A stretch of 27,832 nt of DNA from an uncultured virus (IMG/VR IMGVR_UViG_3300032327_000778). Lineage: Duplodnaviria > Heunggongvirae > Uroviricota > Caudoviricetes. The stretch is from IMG/VR virus record IMGVR_UViG_3300032327_000778; one strand, 5' to 3'. A program made the position numbers and the translations under genes. The notes beneath the pieces are model-generated. The model was not told where the DNA came from. It worked only from the letters and a program-made list of their open reading frames with translations, and searched no databases. Shown piece by piece: positions 17,731-25,360 of this stretch; within the stretch, counting starts at the first letter, position 1; each line of letters opens with the position of its first letter.

Positions 17731-17808
17731 GCTTAAATTTTATACTATATAACCCAATTTGAGTTATATAGTATAAAATTTAAGCACATAAATATATGTG
17801 CTTAAATT
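17731..17808. repeat. Two overlapping perfect inverted repeats
   Basis: 23-bp arms 17731-17753/17763-17785 and 14-bp arms 17777-17790/17795-17808, sharing AATTTAAGC. Confidence 0.9.
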
Positions 17809-17815
17809 AGTTTAA

Positions 17816-18520
17816 TTATCCAAAACTGTATGTGCCTGTATGTTGTAAAATAGCCCAAGGTGCTAAATGCACTTTTCCGCCAATTGCTCGCCACTTATTG
17901 CAAAAGAAATAATCTTCGCTAAGTAGTACGTTAGTATCAGGGTCTACACACAACTGAAAGAAACCATGAGTTTCTTCTTGCATATGAAGTGTATTATTTC
18001 TATATTTAATAACTTCTGGTTTTAATTTTTCAAATACTTGACGTTTAATCATCATAAATCCAGTACCACCATAAATAATTTCTTCTGGTACTTGAGAATT
18101 CATTTTATCATGAAGTTCAGCCATAGTATCTGTAGTAGCAACCCAATCAACACTATTACGTTCAAGTTGACGTTGATCTGTTAGGCCACTTTCAATAGCA
18201 AATTTTATTTTATCCCAATTAAGTGCTTTTTTAGGATAAACGCCACATAGTACGTCTTTGTCTGCTAAAAGCATTTTAATTATGTGTTGCGGCTCAAATT
18301 TAATGTCTGCATCAATAAACATTAAATGAGAGGCTTCGCCTTTTAAAAAACTGTGTACGCAATTATCTCTAGCACGTGGAATAAGTGATTCATTATACAT
18401 AAACTCCCAGCTAAGATCAACGCCAATTTTTTGACATTCAAATAATAGTCGTAATAGAGAGTCAGTATAACTACCAAAGCATTGTCCACCATACATTGGT
18501 GTAGCAATATGTAAATTCAT
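17816..18520 (-). CDS. Phage glycosyltransferase-like protein (GT-A fold)
   Basis: IATPMYGG, ESLIPRARD, LMFIDADI (DxD), GTGFMMIKR, LSEDYFFC, HTG. Start moved to ATG 18520 because the longer ORF lies in a tRNA. Confidence 0.82.
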   Translation of the reverse strand: MNLHIATPMYGGQCFGSYTDSLLRLLFECQKIGVDLSWEFMYNESLIPRARDNCVHSFLKGEASHLMFIDADIKFEPQHIIKMLLADKDVLCGVYPKKALNWDKIKFAIESGLTDQRQLERNSVDWVATTDTMAELHDKMNSQVPEEIIYGGTGFMMIKRQVFEKLKPEVIKYRNNTLHMQEETHGFFQLCVDPDTNVLLSEDYFFCNKWRAIGGKVHLAPWAILQHTGTYSFG

Positions 18521-18536
18521 AAGTAATATAAAGGTA

Positions 18537-18621
18537 TGGTACCCAAGGCCGGATTCGAACCGGCACAACTTTTCGTCGGGAGATTTTAAGTCTCCTGTGT
18601 CTACCGTTTCACCACTCGGGC
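18537..18621 (-). tRNA. tRNA-Leu(TAA)
   Basis: GCCCGAGTGGTGAAACGGTAGACAC.GGAGA-CTTAAAA-TCTCC, long variable arm, GGTTCGAATCC, CTTGGGT-A-CCA. Confidence 0.94.
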
Positions 18622-18639
18622 AATTTGTTCATTAAAGAT

Positions 18640-18668
18640 ATTATACAGTACTAGGTACTAAAAGTCAA
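18640..18668 (-). promoter_or_regulatory. sigma70-type promoter for tRNA-Leu
   Basis: TTGACT-N17-TATAAT. Confidence 0.82.
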
Positions 18669-18757
18669 CATTGTAATTTTCGTTGCAAAAAATATATACG
18701 TACTTAAATACTGGTACTTTTGTTGTTGTAATACAGCAAACTGTGACGTAAAAGCCT

Positions 18758-18796
18758 AAAATAAAACGGCAAGCCGTAGACTTGCCGTTTTATTTT
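18758..18796. terminator. Bidirectional terminator hairpin after rubredoxin
   Basis: AAAATAAAACGGCAAG-CCGTAGA-CTTGCCGTTTTATTTT. Confidence 0.85.
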
Positions 18797-18929
18797 ACTG
18801 TACTAAAAAGTATTCGTCTTTGTGGCATCCACATTCAGGGCACAGATAAAATTGCGGAAGTTCGTTCCACAAACCGTCTATTTCCTCATCGTGAATATGT
18901 CCGCAAACTTCACATTCGTATTTGTTCAT
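18795..18929 (-). CDS. Rubredoxin (44 aa; not in the ORF track)
   Basis: MNKYECEVCGHIHDEEIDGLWNELPQFYLCPECGCHKDEYFLVQ: two CxxCG knuckles, W.ELP, K..Y. Confidence 0.88.
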   Translation of the reverse strand: MNKYECEVCGHIHDEEIDGLWNELPQFYLCPECGCHKDEYFLVQ

Positions 18930-18938
18930 TATATTATC

Positions 18939-19100
18939 TCAATAGCTGTTACGAAAATCCATGCCGCGCTGGTAGCGTTCCCAGTTACGCATACGAGATT
19001 CTAGTTCCATGATGTCTTTAGGGTCACAATCCCTAACGTAATCTTCTAAGCTATAAGGCCTAAATAGTTGTTGTAGGTTACGCCACAATTCACTTAGCAT
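18939..19100 (-). CDS. DUF3563-like small protein
   Basis: EDYV....KDIMELESRMRNWER pattern; start placed at ATG 19100. Confidence 0.62.
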   Translation of the reverse strand: MLSELWRNLQQLFRPYSLEDYVRDCDPKDIMELESRMRNWERYQRGMDFRNSY

Positions 19101-19317
19101 TGTTGACAAACCCATATAGTTTTTGTGCTTCGTTAACCACATCTTCAAAAGTATACATTTTAGGCATATACTTTTGATAGTCTTGTTGAATAGCTTGACC
19201 AGTTTTAATCATCTGCGAAAAACTTTCTTTAGCAAAGTCACAGTTGATTTCATGTTGACGCTTTAGATGGTCTGTGGCCATCTCCAGCAATTTTGTACGT
19301 AATTCAAATGGATTCAT
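19090..19317 (-). CDS. Conserved phage hypothetical protein
   Basis: MNPFELR..LLEMA...P..Y...DVV..A.KLYGFV; RBS AAGGA. Confidence 0.8.
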   Translation of the reverse strand: MNPFELRTKLLEMATDHLKRQHEINCDFAKESFSQMIKTGQAIQQDYQKYMPKMYTFEDVVNEAQKLYGFVNNAK

Positions 19318-19356
19318 ATTATATCCTTGTGTGTTGTGTGTGCAAATAATTAAGGC

Positions 19357-19563
19357 TTATTCGCTTTGGCCTAGGCGACCCATGTCGCCTTCGTGTGTAA
19401 TATGCTCGCTACGATTAACAATATTAACTTGCATAGTTTCTGCACCGCCTGGCGTAATGTCGCTAGGATCTCGCCCTGTTTTAGGGTCAATTTGATCGGC
19501 TTGACCTTCTTCAAAAGGTGTGCCCATAGGTTGTGCATTTTGAGGTGCTAAAGGGTTTTTCAT
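19357..19563 (-). CDS. Hypothetical, likely disordered protein
   Basis: 68-aa ORF with AGGAG RBS. Confidence 0.65.
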   Translation of the reverse strand: MKNPLAPQNAQPMGTPFEEGQADQIDPKTGRDPSDITPGGAETMQVNIVNRSEHITHEGDMGRLGQSE

Positions 19564-19574
19564 TATAACTCCTA

Positions 19575-19889
19575 TTAATCTAAATTAGAAATTTTAGTTA
19601 GTGTTTTTACTTTGTGTCCTACAATAGTATCTGTTGGTTTATATCCGTCGCCGTCTTTAGCATATACTTTAATAAGTGCCCCAGGATCTTCTGGAGTACC
19701 AGTAATCTTAAAACTACTATTAGGTATTTGTTCAGTACCGTTAGTAATTATTTTAGTAATCTTGCCGCGTGCAGTGCCGCCGCTACTGTTCCAGCTTACA
19801 CTATCGCCGCGCTTTAGTTTTGATTCTTTTTCAATAAATCTATCTAGTGCGCTAATATACTCATCAACTTTTTGTGTATATGCACTCAT
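19575..19889 (-). CDS. DUF2945 / Tudor-like domain protein
   Basis: GDSVSWNSSGGTARGKITKI...GTPEDP...VGHK...L; GGAG RBS. Confidence 0.72.
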   Translation of the reverse strand: MSAYTQKVDEYISALDRFIEKESKLKRGDSVSWNSSGGTARGKITKIITNGTEQIPNSSFKITGTPEDPGALIKVYAKDGDGYKPTDTIVGHKVKTLTKISNLD

Positions 19890-19898
19890 ACTGTCTCC

Positions 19899-20465
19899 CT
19901 AGTATTTTTCAACAACAATTACATCTAAACCGTTTTTCCAAGCCTCTAATAGTCCTGAGGTTTTTTGTTTACCGCGCATATCATAAACAGTAATTTTACC
20001 CACCGCTGGATCAATTAAATCTAGTAGTTTAGGTGTCCAAGTTTTATCAATAATATCTTCTAGAATTAATACTCCGCCTGATTTAACTTTACAAAGATAA
20101 TTTTGTAAAAAATAAACCATAGACTCGTATGTGTGCGGACCATCATCAATAATTACATCAAAAAATTCATTTACAAAACTTTCGCTGACTTTTTTACTGT
20201 AAGCATTGTCTTGAATAAATGTTACTCTAGGCTCTTGTAGAAATTTTGCACCAACTGCATCAATATCAATTCCGTAAATTTGTGCAAGTGTAAAAAAATC
20301 TTTCCATAATGCAATAGAGCCGCCGTTTTGCACACCAATTTCTAGAATATTACGAGCAGTTTCTTTTCTAGGCGATAGTAATTCATCATAGAATTCATCA
20401 AAATAACCTAATATGCCTTTATCAGTATTAATAATTTTAGTTTGTAGAAACTCTGAAAACATCAT
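19899..20465 (-). CDS. Class I SAM-dependent methyltransferase (small-molecule/sugar type)
   Basis: ILEIGVQNGGS, IYGIDID, FDVIIDDGPHT, VKSGGVLILEDI. Confidence 0.9.
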   Translation of the reverse strand: MMFSEFLQTKIINTDKGILGYFDEFYDELLSPRKETARNILEIGVQNGGSIALWKDFFTLAQIYGIDIDAVGAKFLQEPRVTFIQDNAYSKKVSESFVNEFFDVIIDDGPHTYESMVYFLQNYLCKVKSGGVLILEDIIDKTWTPKLLDLIDPAVGKITVYDMRGKQKTSGLLEAWKNGLDVIVVEKY

Positions 20466-20651
20466 TTAGGATACATGCCTTTACAACTAGCGCATTGACA
20501 AGTTGCGTCATGATGTGGATTTGTTGGTTGCGTAGGTTTAATTGGTGATATTGGCATCATATCTTTTCCCTCTGGTACTGGACCATGTGGTCCGGGTGCA
20601 GGAACAATAGGTGCAAGCGGCGGTTTTTTTTTTTGGTTTTTTGCTATCCAT
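20462..20651 (-). pseudogene. Pro-rich small ORF interrupted by an A11 tract
   Basis: With one A fewer it reads 62 aa, MDSKKPKKKPPLAPIVPAPGPHG...HHDATCQCASCKGMYPK, ending in an ATGA overlap with the methyltransferase start. Confidence 0.5.
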
Positions 20652-20656
20652 AATAG

Positions 20657-21364
20657 TTATTCCTGTGTTAGTGTCATGCACTGCTTAAATCCAGCAGTAC
20701 TAAATGTGCCTGCAATAACTTCTTTACATCGTTTAACAAATAACTCTACATTATCGTTATATCGGCCTTGATATAGGTGATAAACTGTATCGTTAAATAC
20801 CGTACCAATTCCATAGTATCCTAGCGGCCCAAGATTCCAGATACCTTCCTTAGAAGGTTTTTCGTAATGTGTAGGCAAAATAACTCTGTAATTATATCCT
20901 AGTGATTCAGCTGTCCAACTTACTTCTTCACCAGTATCACCACGCGTAGTGCACATAAAACTTGGAGAACCTAAACTATGATAAGCAGTTTTAGTAATTG
21001 CAAAAAATCCAGGTGCTGCATAAATATGATTTTTTGGTTCTATGTGGTTACTAGCTTGTGCAATTCCGCAAAAAGTGTTATTAGCAATAACGTATTCAAA
21101 GCACTCTGAAAGTTTTTCTCTGCTAAGTGGTATGCAGTCTGGTTCTATAAAACCTATTACATCAGCCGTACTTAGTTTTACAACTTCGGTCATCCACTGT
21201 CCATGATCCATATTAATAGCATGGTAGGCTACTGGAATATTAAAATGTTCCATTACCTCTTTATGCGCTGTCATCATTCTTGGGTCTATATTATCCCAAT
21301 GTAAACAAAATATTTCAATATTAATTTTATTGATATTTTCTTCTTTTGCTGTCCCAGTATTCAT
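20657..21364 (-). CDS. Putative nucleotide-sugar transferase-like protein
   Basis: DVIGFIEPDCIPL (DxD-like position), APGFFAI, RGDTGE, YHLYQGR; glyco-gene context. Confidence 0.55.
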   Translation of the reverse strand: MNTGTAKEENINKINIEIFCLHWDNIDPRMMTAHKEVMEHFNIPVAYHAINMDHGQWMTEVVKLSTADVIGFIEPDCIPLSREKLSECFEYVIANNTFCGIAQASNHIEPKNHIYAAPGFFAITKTAYHSLGSPSFMCTTRGDTGEEVSWTAESLGYNYRVILPTHYEKPSKEGIWNLGPLGYYGIGTVFNDTVYHLYQGRYNDNVELFVKRCKEVIAGTFSTAGFKQCMTLTQE

Positions 21365-22106
21365 ATAATTTGTTATCTTGATGTTGATTTATTTGAATTT
21401 TAAGATCAGACAGTTCCTGCAAAAATTTGTATCTAGAAACATATCTATCAGGGCAATTGTCTTCGTTATAAATAAAAGCCTTACAATTAAAGTCTAATCC
21501 TAGTATTACAGTAGAATACATCCTCTCAATTATAAAAGGAAATATTGGCATATCATTATAATTAGCTTTTTGCACAAAAATTTGCTTATACAATTCTGTA
21601 TGTTGCGGAATACTAAATAATTTATTAGTTACGTTAAAAAATGTATTCCAAAATTTTTTATTGCCTACAACATATTGTGCAAAAACTGTGTTTTCGCGTG
21701 TCATAATTACTGAGTTTAGCGGGTGAGATATAGTAACGCCGCTTTGGTTAAAAAATTCTGTTACAGTATCTAGTATACCGCTGTGAAAAAAGTCTCCTTG
21801 TTCCCACACATTTCTAAAACAAGCCTCGTGTTCTAGTGCACTATTAAAAATATAAACATCGTGACCTGGATTTTGTTCTATAAAATCATATACTTGTTTA
21901 GAGGATAGTCCGCTTTTTTCTTTAAACTTCCAGCTAACCATTCCACAGTATTCATCACTACCGTCTTTATAATCTTTCCAAATTTTATAATAATTAGGCC
22001 ACTCCGCTAGGTGTGGATTTAAATTTTCAGTATTGTCATAGGGAATAAAACCAGAGTCTAAGTGTTCCATATGCTCTGGTTTATAATAAACTTGATATAT
22101 TTTCAT
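21327..22106 (-). CDS. Hypothetical protein, probably glycan-biosynthesis associated
   Basis: KIYQVYY, GFIPYDN, GMVSWKFKEKSG, NVWEQG...H.G, FIIER. Start moved to ATG 22106 because the longer ORF lies in tRNA-Ser. Confidence 0.65.
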   Translation of the reverse strand: MKIYQVYYKPEHMEHLDSGFIPYDNTENLNPHLAEWPNYYKIWKDYKDGSDEYCGMVSWKFKEKSGLSSKQVYDFIEQNPGHDVYIFNSALEHEACFRNVWEQGDFFHSGILDTVTEFFNQSGVTISHPLNSVIMTRENTVFAQYVVGNKKFWNTFFNVTNKLFSIPQHTELYKQIFVQKANYNDMPIFPFIIERMYSTVILGLDFNCKAFIYNEDNCPDRYVSRYKFLQELSDLKIQINQHQDNKLYEYWDSKRRKYQ

Positions 22107-22112
22107 ATGTTT

Positions 22113-22204
22113 TGGCAGAGAGTGTGGGATTCGAACCCACGGTACACATCGCTGCATACGACGGTTTAGCAAACCGCTGCCTTCGGCCACTCAGCCAACT
22201 CTCT
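22113..22204 (-). tRNA. tRNA-Ser(GCT)
   Basis: AGAGAGTTGGCTGAGTGGCCGAAGGC.GCGGT-TTGCTAA-ACCGT, long variable arm, GGTTCGAATCC, ACTCTCT-G-CCA. Confidence 0.94.
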
Positions 22205-22209
22205 TTATA

Positions 22210-22785
22210 TTAAACTGGTTTAGTAATTTCCCAGCAATCCCAGAATTTACTAATAAATCTTCCAGTAGTTGCTTCTGTATCTTTTAATGCTTGTTCAACA
22301 GGAGGATGACGAATATCGTGTCCTGCTAAAAGCCCGCCCGGCTTAACCTTTGGCCACCAGCCTAGAATGTCTGCTTTTACACTATCATAGTCGCGGCTAG
22401 CGTCAATAAATACAAAGTCTAAACTGCCATCAGCGTACTGTTGAGCCGCTTCTGGGCTTGTTTGTACTACAGCATTGTAGTATGCTGCTACTGGCAACAT
22501 ATTTTGTGTAAAAACTGCTTGTAGTCGTCCTTCGCCAGTATCTGCATCATAGCCTACGCTTTTTGGTTCGCGTTGTTCTACGTTGCCTAGAAAATGGTCT
22601 ACACAATCAAATTGAATTTGTTTACCACTATTCATAATTTCTACAGCCATAAAAGCTGCACTGCGACCTTTCCAGCTACCAACTTCTACAAAATGTGCGC
22701 CGTCTGTGGCGGTTTCTACTGCGGCTCGGTATTGACCAATAGTATCATGTGACCAACCCGGAATTTGTTCCCAAAAATGTTCCAT
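22210..22785 (-). CDS. Class I SAM-dependent methyltransferase (Methyltransf_24-like)
   Basis: FVEVGSWKGRS, CVDHF, LDFVFIDA..DY..V..DI..W.PKVKPGG.LAGHD. Confidence 0.9.
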   Translation of the reverse strand: MEHFWEQIPGWSHDTIGQYRAAVETATDGAHFVEVGSWKGRSAAFMAVEIMNSGKQIQFDCVDHFLGNVEQREPKSVGYDADTGEGRLQAVFTQNMLPVAAYYNAVVQTSPEAAQQYADGSLDFVFIDASRDYDSVKADILGWWPKVKPGGLLAGHDIRHPPVEQALKDTEATTGRFISKFWDCWEITKPV

Positions 22786-22787
22786 AT

Positions 22788-23111
22788 TTAATAATAATAT
22801 ACATGAGGTTTATGTCCTACACCTGGAGGATCTGTATCTTCCAAGTCTAGCTCTTTAAGTACTGTATGCTCCCATACACGACCAGCACGTCGTTGTGGAC
22901 GATTCATTGTTAGTCGAGTCCACCAACTAGGCGTTGAATTAAGCCAATGCCAATCAGTATCTAATTCTTTTTTCTTTTTACGTTTTACACCAGCCAGTTG
23001 AATGTATCGAATACTGTAACTATCATCATTAGTAATCTTAATACTATCAAACCTATAGTTTAGTTCAGGAAATTTAAGTTTCCAGTTTTTGTCTTTGTTA
23101 GTACGGCTCAT
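22788..23111 (-). CDS. Hypothetical basic protein
   Basis: MSRT.KD...TPSWW.R....RP.RR; AAGGAG RBS. Confidence 0.78.
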   Translation of the reverse strand: MSRTNKDKNWKLKFPELNYRFDSIKITNDDSYSIRYIQLAGVKRKKKKELDTDWHWLNSTPSWWTRLTMNRPQRRAGRVWEHTVLKELDLEDTDPPGVGHKPHVYYY

Positions 23112-23124
23112 ATTAGCTCCTTGA

Positions 23125-23208
23125 TGGTGGGCAAGAAGAGACTCGAACTCTTACGCCTTGCGGCACTGGCTTCTAAGACCAGCGTGGCTACCATTACACC
23201 ACTCGCCC
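23125..23208 (-). tRNA. tRNA-Leu(TAG)
   Basis: GGGCGAGTGGTGTAATGGTAGCCAC.CTGGT-CTTAGAA-GCCAG, variable arm, GTTCGAGTC, CTTGCCC-A-CCA. Confidence 0.94.
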
Positions 23209-23370
23209 ATATTAAAGCACACACAACCCCCACTAGAGCCCTCATAGGTTTCTTTCATCTAGGACGGCGGTGTGCTTTAATATGGGGGGCAGCCTAAGGG
23301 TTTAGCTGCTGCGTCTGGATGTGCCGCGAACTAATTGTTCGACCAGATTTTCCCTTGATCAAGGGGCTAT
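23209..23370 (-). ncRNA. Candidate unclassified structured RNA plus long processing-type stem upstream of tRNA-Leu
   Basis: Own promoter, GC-richer than its flanks, three hairpins ending ..GCCCCCCA, then a 17-bp perfect inverted repeat abutting the tRNA. Confidence 0.5.
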
Positions 23371-23376
23371 ATAGTT

Positions 23377-23405
23377 ATTATACTCTGTTTAACTTGCAAA
23401 ATCAA
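23377..23405 (-). promoter_or_regulatory. sigma70-type promoter
   Basis: TTGATT-N17-TATAAT. Confidence 0.78.
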
Positions 23406-24402
23406 GTGCAGATTTTGCAAACTCATGGCTGGCTAAGTTTTTTTCTTTCGACTCGCACATAATGTCAAAATTGTCCAGAAAGCTGCTGGCCCAAGCGTTA
23501 ACAGCTTCATTCCAATAATAATCACTATGAGCTCTAAGCTTGGCACTGGTAAACCCCTGTTGTTTTAGTTGATGTAGACACGGCATGGTTGTGGTATCGT
23601 GATCTACTAGTACATCTTCACGGCTAACACTGTAGTGTAGTGTAGGCCTAACGCCGCGCCAGCTATCAATAACTTGCATTACCTTAGGGTCGGTAGGCTC
23701 AATATACTTGCCAGTATTAATCCAGTGATGATGTATGTCAAGCACTAGTGCACAATCTTTAACAAGTTCAAGACTAGCGTCAAGACCCCAAGTGTACTCT
23801 GCATTTTCAATGGTCAAAGTGTTACGTGCTTCGCGGCTGAGTTTAGGCAACACAGCTTTGATACCTTGTGGACCTAGCTTACCGCCAATATGCACATTGC
23901 ATTTAAAGTCTTGAAACTGCTTGCCGTAACCCATGTAACGGATTATATCACAATGATACTCAAACTCTTGAATCGAATTTTCTACTACATTAGGATTTTC
24001 ACTAGCTAACACACAAAACTGGCCTGGATGAAAACTAATTTTAATATCATGTTTGCGAGCAAGATCACCCACTTTAGCAAAACCAGTGCTAAGTAGGTTA
24101 ACCATGTCTTGGTCAAAGTAAGCCCAAGTCCAATCCTCGTGAGTATATGCTGGCAGCAAGTCGCTGCTCATACGAAACATACGCAAATGTGGTGGGCTAG
24201 CAGCAAGCCAAGTCATTTGACGTTGCAAAATTTGAATATTGTGTTTAGCAATATCGTGTAGTCGTTCTACTGCAACGTGTTTAGTCTGCTTGTTAAGCCA
24301 AGTAAGTGTGGTAGTTTTAGTATTTAGGCTAGGATTGGCTTTGCCTTGAGATTCTTGGATTTTGCAAGCAAAACCAATGCGCTTTACGGTTTGATCAAAC
24401 AC
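23389..24402 (-). CDS. uvsE: UV damage endonuclease (UvsE/UVDE)
   Basis: RIGFACK, MFRMSSDLLP, SFHPGQFCVLAS, NVHIGG, TIEN, LDIHHH, HYS, AHSDY, IMCESKEK. Probable GTG start at 24402 after GGAG. Confidence 0.93.
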   Translation of the reverse strand: MFDQTVKRIGFACKIQESQGKANPSLNTKTTTLTWLNKQTKHVAVERLHDIAKHNIQILQRQMTWLAASPPHLRMFRMSSDLLPAYTHEDWTWAYFDQDMVNLLSTGFAKVGDLARKHDIKISFHPGQFCVLASENPNVVENSIQEFEYHCDIIRYMGYGKQFQDFKCNVHIGGKLGPQGIKAVLPKLSREARNTLTIENAEYTWGLDASLELVKDCALVLDIHHHWINTGKYIEPTDPKVMQVIDSWRGVRPTLHYSVSREDVLVDHDTTTMPCLHQLKQQGFTSAKLRAHSDYYWNEAVNAWASSFLDNFDIMCESKEKNLASHEFAKSALDFAS

Positions 24403-24691
24403 TATAGCTCTCCACAATTTTAATACTGCCGCTACCTAACTTTAGTTGATGCTCAAAGTTGTTGTAGATGCCTTCCATGTAGCTATTCATACCATAGCAA
24501 TCTTTGTAACAAACATATGTACTGCCGCTATAACCATGAAATTCCCAGCAATCATTAAATTCTTGTACATGTTGATTGCCGCTGTTTAGCTTCCACTCAC
24601 TGATACCCCAAGTGGCTAAAACTTTTTCAATTTTTTTGCCACTGGCACTTGTAATCTCAACAACAATCCAGTTTCTGGGTGTATAAGTCAT
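24395..24691 (-). CDS. Conserved phage hypothetical protein
   Basis: P.NW...KVLATW...WKLNSG...FHGYSGSTYVC.K..YG pattern. Confidence 0.78.
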   Translation of the reverse strand: MTYTPRNWIVVEITSASGKKIEKVLATWGISEWKLNSGNQHVQEFNDCWEFHGYSGSTYVCYKDCYGMNSYMEGIYNNFEHQLKLGSGSIKIVESYSV

Positions 24692-24879
24692 TTTTGTTTT
24701 GCTTTGTATTGTTTAATAGCTTCTGCATCTAGGCTAGCATAGGCACGAAATTTATCTTTGCCATGCTCATCATAGCATTTAACTGCTAATTTGTATAGCG
24801 ATTCTACTGCCTCTAGGCCTAGTAGTTCATAGCGGCTTGTATATGCGTTAAGCAAAAAATCGCGGGTATAACCTGCCAT
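24688..24879 (-). CDS. Hypothetical protein
   Basis: ATG 24879 after GGAG; ATGA overlap with the next gene. Confidence 0.75.
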   Translation of the reverse strand: MAGYTRDFLLNAYTSRYELLGLEAVESLYKLAVKCYDEHGKDKFRAYASLDAEAIKQYKAKQK

Positions 24880-24902
24880 AAAAATCTCCAAATTGAAGAT
24901 AT

Positions 24903-24931
24903 ATTATAGCCGATTATACCCGCCGTGTCAA
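24903..24931 (-). promoter_or_regulatory. Perfect-consensus sigma70 promoter
   Basis: TTGACA-N17-TATAAT. Confidence 0.88.
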
Positions 24932-24940
24932 GATTAGTTT

Positions 24941-25360
24941 TTAATTAATCTTGATTTGCTTTGGTTTTTTGTTTTCTGGAACTACGTGTAGGATTAGTAA
25001 TTTAAGAATACCATCTTCTAGTTGTGCATCTTTTATGATTAAATCGTTGTGCAATGTAAACTGTCGTTGAAACCCACGAGCACCTAAGCCGTGGTAGAGA
25101 TATTGCGTTGTATCCGCTTTCTGATCGCGTTTAACGCCACGAATAGTAAGTACATCATTTTCTAGTTCAATATTAATTTCCTCACGTTTAAATCCAGCAA
25201 CCGCCATTTCAATAATATAATCATTTTCACCAAATTTGATTACGTTGTAGGGCGGATAGTTAGTATTTACCTGATTTGCGTGACGTGTTTCAAAATTATT
25301 GAAAAAGTGATCAAACCCAACAAGGGCACGATTTAATAGTTTAACATCAAAGTTTGTCAT
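24941..25360 (-). CDS. Small heat shock protein Hsp20 (IbpA-like)
   Basis: VGFD, NYPPYNV, IEMAVAGF, YLYHGL..R.F.R.F.L, LEDGIL, VPE.KKPK.I.I. Confidence 0.95.
   Translation of the reverse strand: MTNFDVKLLNRALVGFDHFFNNFETRHANQVNTNYPPYNVIKFGENDYIIEMAVAGFKREEINIELENDVLTIRGVKRDQKADTTQYLYHGLGARGFQRQFTLHNDLIIKDAQLEDGILKLLILHVVPENKKPKQIKIN

Noticed and set aside
22107..22190. N-terminal extensions of ORFs 21327-22190 and 17816-18568
   Set aside because: The extensions lie within tRNA-Ser and tRNA-Leu, so the downstream ATGs were chosen.
23222..23270. Hammerhead-like words (GATGA, GAAA) in the stem loop upstream of tRNA-Leu
   Set aside because: The CUGAUGA core and three-helix junction cannot be built by eye.
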